64,000 nucleotides of DNA from Candidatus Planktophila sp. (lineage in GTDB: Bacteria > Actinomycetota > Actinomycetes > Nanopelagicales > Nanopelagicaceae), in assembly GCA_044341305.1 (NCBI GenBank), contig JBIIRY010000003.1, forward strand, positions 17,046 through 81,045, read 5' to 3'. A program made the position numbers and the translations under genes. Of this stretch, positions 51,897 to 59,177 are shown one piece after another. How positions within the stretch are numbered: position 1 is the stretch's first letter; each line of letters starts with the position of its first letter. The notes below the pieces were generated by a model. It did no database searches. It was not told where the DNA came from and saw only the letters and a program-made list of their open reading frames with translations.

Positions 51897-53375
51897 TTAC
51901 AGACTGGCTTCTGCGCGCTTTACGATATTTCTAATCATCGTTGGAAATACAAAAGTGTGAAGTGGCGCAATTGCATACCAATACAACTGCCCGCCAAGAC
52001 CTCGGGGAACAAAGGTTGCTTCTTGAATAATTTTGGTCTTTCCATCTTCAACAGAAACGCTGAATTCAAGCCATGCTTTTCCTGGCAAAACCATTTCTGC
52101 GTATAACTTCATGCGCACACCATGTTCGATTTCTTCTACTCGCCAAAAATCTAAACTGTCACCAATACGCAAATTATTTGGATCGCGACGTCCGCGGCGC
52201 AATCCAACTCCACCGAAGAATCGATCAATGACACCACGGCCCCACCAGAGAAAATCAGATCCATACCAACCGTTATCGCCACCAATACTTTCGATGTAAT
52301 TCCATACAGTTGCTATCGGTGCACTTGTCAACGCTTCGCGATGATCCCTAAGAATCATTTCGCCAGCCCATTCAGGGTCACCTTGGGCTTTTTGCCACGG
52401 AGCAGTTGGCGCCGTTGCATCTGACCAACGTGTTTCTACCTTGTGATCATTTGTTCGAGTAAGCGCCAATTTAATTGACTCTTCAACATTTAATAGACCT
52501 TCAGGTGGTGGTGGAATCAATGCATCAACGCTCTTGTTTTTGTCCGCAACAACTTCGCTAATGAGCGAACCAACAAGTGGTCGTGCAAGTGAAGTTGGTA
52601 CGGGCGTAACGAGTCCAATCCATAAACTTGAAAGATTTGGAGTTAGCACCGGCACTTGAATAATCCAACGCTTGCGCAAGCCAGATAACTTGGCGAATTT
52701 TTGCATCATGTCGGCATAGGACAAGACTTCTGGTCCCCCAATATCAAAAACCTGATTGACGGGCTTTTCTAATACCGCGGCTTTACGCAAGTAATGCAAA
52801 ACATCTCGTACAACAATCGGCTGAGTTTTATTTGAAACCCACTTGGGGGTTGTCATTATTGGCAATCGGTGAGTCAGGTGACGAAGCATTTCAAAGGATG
52901 CTGAACCTGAACCAATAATGATTCCAGCACGAAATTCGAGTACCGGAACAGATGTCGAAGCCAGCTCTTTACCAGTTTGCACACGTGATGAGAGGTGCTT
53001 GCTGCTGTTTTTATCATTTGCGATTCCGCCAAGATAAATAATCTGTGAAACACCGGCGCGTTCAGATGCTTGGGCAAAATTGCGAGCCATCTCAGATTCG
53101 ACAGCCGTAAAGTCAATGCCGACGTTAATTGAGTGCAGTAAGTAAAAAGCTGTGTGAATTCCGGATAGTGCGCGATCTAAATCCGCAGAATTGGTTGCAT
53201 TTCCAACCACAATCTCAACGTCATTGGCCCATTCGCGATCTTGAACTTTAATTCGATCGCGTACTAATACCCGCACATCGTGTCCATCAGCTAATAATGT
53301 GGGAACTAGTCGTCCGCCCACATATCCAGATGCACCAGTAATGAGATACTTACGCTTTAAATTCTGCTGACTCAT
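51897..53375 (-). CDS. NAD(P)H-binding SDR/NmrA-like protein fused to a DUF2867-like C-terminal domain
   Basis: Start at MSQQNLKRKYLITGASGYVGGRLV (ATG 53375). The C-terminal roughly 170 aa (WYGSDFLWWGRGVIDR...) resembles DUF2867. Confidence 0.72.
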   Translation of the reverse strand: MSQQNLKRKYLITGASGYVGGRLVPTLLADGHDVRVLVRDRIKVQDREWANDVEIVVGNATNSADLDRALSGIHTAFYLLHSINVGIDFTAVESEMARNFAQASERAGVSQIIYLGGIANDKNSSKHLSSRVQTGKELASTSVPVLEFRAGIIIGSGSASFEMLRHLTHRLPIMTTPKWVSNKTQPIVVRDVLHYLRKAAVLEKPVNQVFDIGGPEVLSYADMMQKFAKLSGLRKRWIIQVPVLTPNLSSLWIGLVTPVPTSLARPLVGSLISEVVADKNKSVDALIPPPPEGLLNVEESIKLALTRTNDHKVETRWSDATAPTAPWQKAQGDPEWAGEMILRDHREALTSAPIATVWNYIESIGGDNGWYGSDFLWWGRGVIDRFFGGVGLRRGRRDPNNLRIGDSLDFWRVEEIEHGVRMKLYAEMVLPGKAWLEFSVSVEDGKTKIIQEATFVPRGLGGQLYWYAIAPLHTFVFPTMIRNIVKRAEASL

Positions 53376-53427
53376 GGTTATAAGCCTAGACTTAAGCCAA
53401 GAAATCCAACACTTGAGAAGAGGCGAC

Positions 53428-54651
53428 ATGACAAAACCACGCGTTGTGATTCTCGGTGCTGGCTTTGGTGGATTGACCGCAGCCCGAGAACTTCGCGATC
53501 ATGCAGACGTCACTGTTGTGGATCGCCATAATTTTCAAACATTCTTGCCCCTGCTCTACCAAGTTGCTTCGGCTGGCCTGGCCGCCGATCACGTTGCACA
53601 CCCAGTACGTGGTGCACTGCGCAAATCGGGTGCGCAATTTCGAATGGGTTCTCCCATCACTGTTGATCACAAGAACAAAACAGTAAAAATCGATAGCTCT
53701 GAAGTTCTAGCTTTTGATCACTTGATTATCGCCCTCGGTTCGGCGACTGCAGATTTCGGCGTAAAGGGCGTCAGTGAGTTCGCTCTTGGAATGAAGAGCG
53801 TCCATGAAGCACTTGCGATTCGAGCAGAAGTAATGCGTCGATTCGAAGATCTCTGCCGTTTTCAAGATGACACTGTCTTTACCATTGCAGTTGTAGGCGG
53901 TGGACCAACTGGTGTGGAAATGGCTGGAGCGTTCGCAGAATTAGTTCGTGGTCCACTCGCAAATGACCAGGCGCAAGCGGCTGCAAACATGAAGATAGTT
54001 TTGATCGAAGCGGGCCCACGATTGTTGCCAAGTTTTTCACCATCACTGTCAGCGCGCACAAAGAAAGATCTTGAAAAACTCGGAGTCAACGTAATGCTAA
54101 ATACAGCCGTTGAAGAAGTGAAAAATACTTCAATTAATATTAAGGGCGCAGCAGCAATACCGGCACAAATAACAATTTGGGCAGCCGGTGTTCAAGGAGA
54201 ACCAACTGCATCAGCCCTCAACCTTCCGCTGATTTCAACGCGAATTGATGTCGAGCAAACTCTTCAGGTTAAGAATTATCCGCACATTTGGGCAATCGGT
54301 GATATTTCAGGATTTAAAAACTCTGATGGAAAATTCCTTCCGATGGTTGCACCAGTTGCAATGCAACAAGGTCGCTTCGTTGCAAAACAGATTCTCAATC
54401 TTGCGCAGAATAAACCTGTGAAACTATTTAAGTATCGTGACAAAGGATCTATGGCAACTATCGGCAGAAACAAAGCTGTTGTTGAAGTTGGAAAGTTTAA
54501 GATGACTGGAATTCTTGCTTGGTATGCATGGCTCTGGTTGCACTTGTTTTACTTGCTGGGTGGACACAATAAAATTGGAACCATGGCAGATTGGACCTGG
54601 AACTACTTGACTTATGATCGCGGCAACCGTCACATCATGGATTCAATTTAA
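53428..54651 (+). CDS. ndh: type II NADH dehydrogenase (NDH-2)
   Basis: MTKPRVVILGAGFGGL, a second dinucleotide fold VVGGGPTGVE, and WAIGD. I prefer the start at ATG 53428. Confidence 0.88.
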   Translation: MTKPRVVILGAGFGGLTAARELRDHADVTVVDRHNFQTFLPLLYQVASAGLAADHVAHPVRGALRKSGAQFRMGSPITVDHKNKTVKIDSSEVLAFDHLIIALGSATADFGVKGVSEFALGMKSVHEALAIRAEVMRRFEDLCRFQDDTVFTIAVVGGGPTGVEMAGAFAELVRGPLANDQAQAAANMKIVLIEAGPRLLPSFSPSLSARTKKDLEKLGVNVMLNTAVEEVKNTSINIKGAAAIPAQITIWAAGVQGEPTASALNLPLISTRIDVEQTLQVKNYPHIWAIGDISGFKNSDGKFLPMVAPVAMQQGRFVAKQILNLAQNKPVKLFKYRDKGSMATIGRNKAVVEVGKFKMTGILAWYAWLWLHLFYLLGGHNKIGTMADWTWNYLTYDRGNRHIMDSI

Positions 54652-55416
54652 ATGCAGAAGTACATCAACATTCGTGGTCATGAGATATTTACATTTCAAT
54701 GGTCCAGACGAGGCGAAGCCCTCGTCATTTTGCACGGCGGCTTAAGCCATAGTGAAAAAGTAAAGAAGCACCTGCTGCCGGCAGTAAAGAGAGATTTCAA
54801 GGTATTTGCGTATGACCGAACCGGTCATGGGCGCACCGCTAATCAAAAGGGAAGTTTCCACTTTAACTTTCAGACCAAAGAGCTGATCGCCTTCTTAGAA
54901 GATGTGGTTAAAGAGCCTGCGCACCTTATTGGCTGGAGTGATGGCGCAAATATTGCTCTCTTGGCTGCAATAAATCGTCCTGAACTCGTGCGCTCAGTTG
55001 TTGCAATCGGTGGCAACACAACTGCTGCCCAAGTGCGATTAAAAATTGGAAAACCACAAGTTTCACCTGAAGCCCAAGCTGAGCACGATCGCGTATCCCC
55101 TGATCCTGGCTCTGAGTTAATCAAGAAAATAGCCACAGCATTTAAAGTCTGGAAAACCGAACCAAATATTTCTCCAGCAAAGTTATCAAAGATTAAGTGT
55201 CCGGTTTTAGTCCTTGCCGGCGATGATGATGTTATTAGCGCTAAAGAATCAGAAAAGATCTATCAGGCAATAACTAATGCGCGCCTTGCAATTGTTCCTG
55301 GCGCATCGCATTCGGTTGTCAAAGAAAAAACTGGATTAGTTCACGCTTTATTGAAAGATTTTTACGCTCACCCTGATTACCCTGTAACAAGAGACCCAAT
55401 TAGTCGATTGGGGTAA
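54652..55416 (+). CDS. alpha/beta hydrolase
   Basis: VILHGG, the nucleophile elbow GWSDGA, and a C-terminal GASH. Confidence 0.8.
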   Translation: MQKYINIRGHEIFTFQWSRRGEALVILHGGLSHSEKVKKHLLPAVKRDFKVFAYDRTGHGRTANQKGSFHFNFQTKELIAFLEDVVKEPAHLIGWSDGANIALLAAINRPELVRSVVAIGGNTTAAQVRLKIGKPQVSPEAQAEHDRVSPDPGSELIKKIATAFKVWKTEPNISPAKLSKIKCPVLVLAGDDDVISAKESEKIYQAITNARLAIVPGASHSVVKEKTGLVHALLKDFYAHPDYPVTRDPISRLG

Positions 55417-55927
55417 TCGACCCAGATTTCACATCGTAAATTGCACCGCCAACGATGACACCATCTCGAAGCAATGGATACGAGCGCACGCGCTGTACAT
55501 CGATTGCGAGCGCAGCTTTTTGATCTTTGACAGTTCTGAACTCCAGTGAACGCGTATCAATTCCAAATTCTTTATCGATGTGCGCATGAATTTCTTCTTC
55601 TGTCGCGCTAGCCATTCTGCAATCCGTATGTGGCATGATCAAGATTCGATTGACGCCTAACAAATATGTTGCCAACACCAATGTGCGCAAAACATCTTCA
55701 GTAACCCGCGCTCCAGCATTTCGTAAAATTTTGGCATCCCCTGATCGCATGCCGACGACAGAGAGTGGATTAATTCGCGAATCCATGCACGTGACAATTG
55801 CTAATCCCTTAGCTGCACGACCCGTGAGCTCTGAATATTTAAAGGCAGCGACGTACTCTTTATTGGCCCCCAGCGCATCGGCAAAGCCATCCCTAGGAAA
55901 GCCTGCCTGGTCCATAGTTCGCCTCAT
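55400..55927 (-). CDS. beta-class carbonic anhydrase
   Basis: VTCMDSRINP and MPHTDCRM zinc-ligand motifs (Cys, His, Cys). Confidence 0.88.
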   Translation of the reverse strand: MRRTMDQAGFPRDGFADALGANKEYVAAFKYSELTGRAAKGLAIVTCMDSRINPLSVVGMRSGDAKILRNAGARVTEDVLRTLVLATYLLGVNRILIMPHTDCRMASATEEEIHAHIDKEFGIDTRSLEFRTVKDQKAALAIDVQRVRSYPLLRDGVIVGGAIYDVKSGSITPID

Positions 55928-56086
55928 TTTCTCACCGTAAGTGTGTGCTTTGACCGAATTCTAGGCGAAAAAAACCTCGGACATTGGGCAATATCGGGTT
56001 GCATTACTGGCCCGTAAGTCAGACCATTAGGGCGGTGAGTCTTTCCCTGTAGTGGCCCCACGCCGCAACAGATAAGAAAGCCCACG

Positions 56087-56106
56087 CTTCATTCGCGCGA
56101 ATGAAG
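56087..56106. repeat. perfect 20-bp palindrome in the carbonic anhydrase / rhodopsin divergent intergenic region
   Basis: CTTCATTCGCGCGAATGAAG equals its own reverse complement. It lies 33 nt upstream of the rhodopsin ATG and just 5' of its GGAGG SD. Confidence 0.5.
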
Positions 56107-56138
56107 GTCAACAAATTGCCCTCTTGGAGGCTTTTTAA

Positions 56139-56894
56139 ATGCTTGAATTAACAGCCAACCAATGGAACACAATCTATAACGTATTCTCGTTTGGATTGAT
56201 TTCCATGCTTGCGTGCACTGTGTACACACTTCTCGCACAGTCACGAGTTCTACCTAAATACCGTAACGCCCTTGTACTTTCATCAATGGTTACATTCATT
56301 GCTGGATACCACTACTGGAGAATCTTTGATTCATTCTCAGATGCTTCAGATGGATACAAGGTTGCAACATCTGGTGCAGGATCATTCAACGAGGGATACC
56401 GCTACGTTGACTGGCTATTAACTGTTCCACTACTTCTAGTTGAAGTTATCGCTGTTCTCGCTCTTGCAAAGGCCGTAGCATCTTCAATGATCAATCGCCT
56501 TGTACCAGCAGCAGTTGCGATGATCGCACTTGGTTACCCAGGTGAGATCTCAACAGATGACGGCACAAAGATTCTTTGGGGCGTTCTCTCAACAATTCCT
56601 TTCCTATACATTCTTTACGTATTGTTCGTTGAGCTTGGTAAGTCACTCGATCGCCAGCCAGCAGGCGTAGCCGCGACAATTGGTCGTCTACGTTGGCTTC
56701 TACTTGCGACATGGGGCGTTTACCCAATCTCATACCTATTCCCACTACTTAACATCACTGGAACAGATGCATTTATGTATCGCCAGATTGGTTACACAGT
56801 TGCAGACGTACTCGCTAAGTGCGTATTCGGTCTTACAATCTACAAGATTGCAAAGATGAAGTCTGTTGCGGAAGGTATGTCAGAAGACAAGTAA
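56139..56894 (+). CDS. actR: actinorhodopsin (xanthorhodopsin-clade light-driven proton pump)
   Basis: 251 aa with 7 TM segments. RYVDWLLTVPLLLVE gives Asp91/Thr95/Glu102 (DTE). His58 is in helix B. ADVLAK gives Asp223 and the Schiff-base Lys227. The SD is GGAGG. Confidence 0.93.
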   Translation: MLELTANQWNTIYNVFSFGLISMLACTVYTLLAQSRVLPKYRNALVLSSMVTFIAGYHYWRIFDSFSDASDGYKVATSGAGSFNEGYRYVDWLLTVPLLLVEVIAVLALAKAVASSMINRLVPAAVAMIALGYPGEISTDDGTKILWGVLSTIPFLYILYVLFVELGKSLDRQPAGVAATIGRLRWLLLATWGVYPISYLFPLLNITGTDAFMYRQIGYTVADVLAKCVFGLTIYKIAKMKSVAEGMSEDK

Positions 56895-56903
56895 TGCGTT
56901 AAT

Positions 56904-56941
56904 AAAAACGGCCGCCGAGTCTTACTCGGCGGCCGTTTTTT
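56904..56941. terminator. bidirectional rho-independent terminator
   Basis: AAAA-ACGGCCGCCGAG-TCTTA-CTCGGCGGCCGT-TTTTT is a 12-bp perfect GC-rich stem flanked by A- and T-tracts. It sits between two convergent genes. Confidence 0.88.
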
Positions 56942-56959
56942 ATGCTTTAAATCAGATAG

Positions 56960-57202
56960 TTAATTGAAGAAAGAAAAGATAATGAGAGCCGCTCCGGCGA
57001 CTAGGCCAATCGTTTTTCCTGCTTGAGTCTCAAGCCAAGCCAAGCCCGCTTTAGTAAATCCGAGTACAAGTGTGATTACACCGCCGGCAATCAACACCAG
57101 GCTATTTGTCATCGCATTTGGATTGCTGTCTTGGTAGCGCCAATTAATCAGGCCCAGTGCAATGAATAGATAACCAGCCCAACGAGCGTTTGTTTTTGTC
57201 AT
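56960..57202 (-). CDS. hypothetical small membrane protein (3 TM)
   Basis: 80-aa ORF with three hydrophobic segments. I recognise no homology. Confidence 0.5.
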   Translation of the reverse strand: MTKTNARWAGYLFIALGLINWRYQDSNPNAMTNSLVLIAGGVITLVLGFTKAGLAWLETQAGKTIGLVAGAALIIFSFFN

Positions 57203-57203
57203 G

Positions 57204-57275
57204 AGCCCCCCGTCAGGATTGAACTGACGACCTACGCATTACAAGTGCGTTGCTCTACCACTGAGCTAGGGAGGC
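57204..57275 (-). tRNA. tRNA-Thr (anticodon UGU)
   Basis: Hand fold: GCCTCCC TA GCTC AGTGGTA GAGC A ACGCA CTTGTAA TGCGT AGGTC GTCAG TTCAATC CTGAC GGGGGGC T. Confidence 0.9.
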
Positions 57276-57357
57276 CTTTCGTGCTGCGCAATTATGGCAG
57301 TAGATTACAAAATCTAGAAATCAAGCCGTGAGGCCGTGTGAGCGGTAGATTTGCGCA

Positions 57358-58275
57358 ATGCTACTGGGTGTCTTAGATGTTGGATCAAACACGATTCACC
57401 TACAGGTTATGCAGGCCCACCCAGGAGCTCGCCCAACACCGACGACAAACCTGAAAACAGAACTTCGATTAACTGATTATTTGGATGAACTTGGAAACAT
57501 CTCACCTCTTGGCATTGAACAATTACACAAGGCCTTAGGCGAAGCGTTAGTACATGCCAAAGAGTTTCAGACAGAAGAAATAGTTGCCTTTGCCACATCT
57601 GCAATACGTGAAGCTACAAATGGCGCAGAAGTAATTAAAGAAATTACCGAACGCCACAATATTGAGTTGCAAATTCTAAACGGCAATGAAGAAGCAGCGA
57701 TGACATTCTTAGCTGCTCGCCGATGGCTTGGTTGGTCAAGTGGACGATTATTGATTTTAGATATCGGCGGTGGATCATTAGAGATGGCCGTTGGAGATGA
57801 TGAGTACCCAGATGAATCAGTTTCACTGCCACTTGGAGCAGCTCGATTAACAAGAACTTTTTTACGTAACGATCCTTACTCATCCAAAGATGTTAAGAAG
57901 CTAGAAGAATTTGTTCAAGAAGCTTTATCTAGCTCGCTGACACCCGCCTTGGCAGAACATCGCGCAGATCATTTTGTGGCAACAAGTAAAACTTTTAGAA
58001 CTCTTGCTCGTCTCAATGAGCATTGGTTTAAAGATAATCCTAAGAAGTTAAATATTTCATCCCTAGAAAAATCAATCCCTAAATTGCTAGCTATGAGCAA
58101 TAAGGAGCGCTCTGAACTTCCTGGCGTCTCATCAAATCGTGCACAGCAAATCGTTGCCGGCGCAATCGTTGCCTATAGCGTTTTATCTAAGTTAGAACTC
58201 GACGAAGTTGAAATTTGTCCCTGGGCGCTACGAGAAGGAATAGTGCTTAAATGGCTTGATTGGATGAAGATTTAA
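57358..58275 (+). CDS. Ppx/GppA family phosphatase (second paralog)
   Basis: LGVLDVGSNTIHLQV and ILDIGGGSLE. Confidence 0.85.
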   Translation: MLLGVLDVGSNTIHLQVMQAHPGARPTPTTNLKTELRLTDYLDELGNISPLGIEQLHKALGEALVHAKEFQTEEIVAFATSAIREATNGAEVIKEITERHNIELQILNGNEEAAMTFLAARRWLGWSSGRLLILDIGGGSLEMAVGDDEYPDESVSLPLGAARLTRTFLRNDPYSSKDVKKLEEFVQEALSSSLTPALAEHRADHFVATSKTFRTLARLNEHWFKDNPKKLNISSLEKSIPKLLAMSNKERSELPGVSSNRAQQIVAGAIVAYSVLSKLELDEVEICPWALREGIVLKWLDWMKI

Positions 58276-59175
58276 CTAAATTTGTGGGGCACTAACCCAA
58301 TCAACAGAAACTACTTCGCCATCTCTATGGTGAATAACCCAAGCTTCACCCGGCTCTAGCTTTGAATCCAACTCTTTGAAGTACTTCTTTCCCACGAGTT
58401 TCTTCAATACCTTAGGTAAAATCGGGTTGTGGCTGCAAATTAATACATTCTTGTTCTTATTCATTAAACTCGAAACATAATCAAGAGCTGCTTCTTTGTC
58501 CTTTGAAAATACATCTTCGCTCAGGTCCAGTCCCACGATGCAACTTAACTCTAATGCTCTCGAAAGATCTTCGACAGTCTGCATGCAACGATATGCATCG
58601 GATGAATGAACTTCAGAAATATTGTAAGGATAGAACTGAGGTAACAATCTCTTTGCCTGCAGTTGTCCCAAGTTATCGAGTGGGCGATCTGAATCCTCGC
58701 CATCCCAGTCAGTTCGCTTTAACGCTTTTGCATGTCGCAGTAAAACTAACGGAGTTGTGCCAACACCAAATTCAATAAAGAAATTAACAATCTCTCGATC
58801 ATCATCTAATGTTAATTTCTTTTTGGCCTCTTTTACTTCTAACCAGAGAATTTCATCAATCTCATTTGTATCAACGCCACCTTCGGCTTCGCCGATTGCT
58901 TGGGCAGACCAATACCTGACAACTTTTTTTCCTTCTGGAACTTTGTAGGTTGCTGATCCAATTTCTGGTCCAAAGATTGCGTTAAAACCAGTTTCTTCAG
59001 AGACTTCGCGATAGGCACACGCAATGTGTGACTCTTTTTCTTCGACCTTACCTTTTGGCAGCGACCAATCGTCATAACGTGGACGATGAACAAGGGCAAT
59101 CTCTATTTTTTTACTTGCTGAATAGCGCCATAAAACGGCGCCCGCTGCTTGAATTACTGGGGATTCAGAGGCCAT
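58276..59175 (-). CDS. Nudix hydrolase fused to histidine phosphatase (SixA-like) domain, MutT1-like
   Basis: Nudix box GKVEEKESHIACAYREVSEETGF, then LVLLRHAKA (RHA phosphatase motif) and CSHNP. Confidence 0.85.
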   Translation of the reverse strand: MASESPVIQAAGAVLWRYSASKKIEIALVHRPRYDDWSLPKGKVEEKESHIACAYREVSEETGFNAIFGPEIGSATYKVPEGKKVVRYWSAQAIGEAEGGVDTNEIDEILWLEVKEAKKKLTLDDDREIVNFFIEFGVGTTPLVLLRHAKALKRTDWDGEDSDRPLDNLGQLQAKRLLPQFYPYNISEVHSSDAYRCMQTVEDLSRALELSCIVGLDLSEDVFSKDKEAALDYVSSLMNKNKNVLICSHNPILPKVLKKLVGKKYFKELDSKLEPGEAWVIHHRDGEVVSVDWVSAPQI

Positions 59176-59177
59176 TG

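Noticed and set aside
55941-56086. Possible riboswitch or sRNA in the distal part of the carbonic anhydrase/rhodopsin intergenic region
   Set aside because: I could not fold it into any riboswitch class I know, and it must already hold two divergent promoters. Only the 20-bp palindrome stands out, and that is reported separately.
57285-57359. Repeated words TGCGCAAT (57285..57292, 57352..57359) and GTAGATT (57300..57306, 57345..57351) between tRNA-Thr and the second ppx
   Set aside because: These are short words in swapped order, and the second TGCGCAAT overlaps the start codon. I cannot distinguish this from chance, and no known motif matches.
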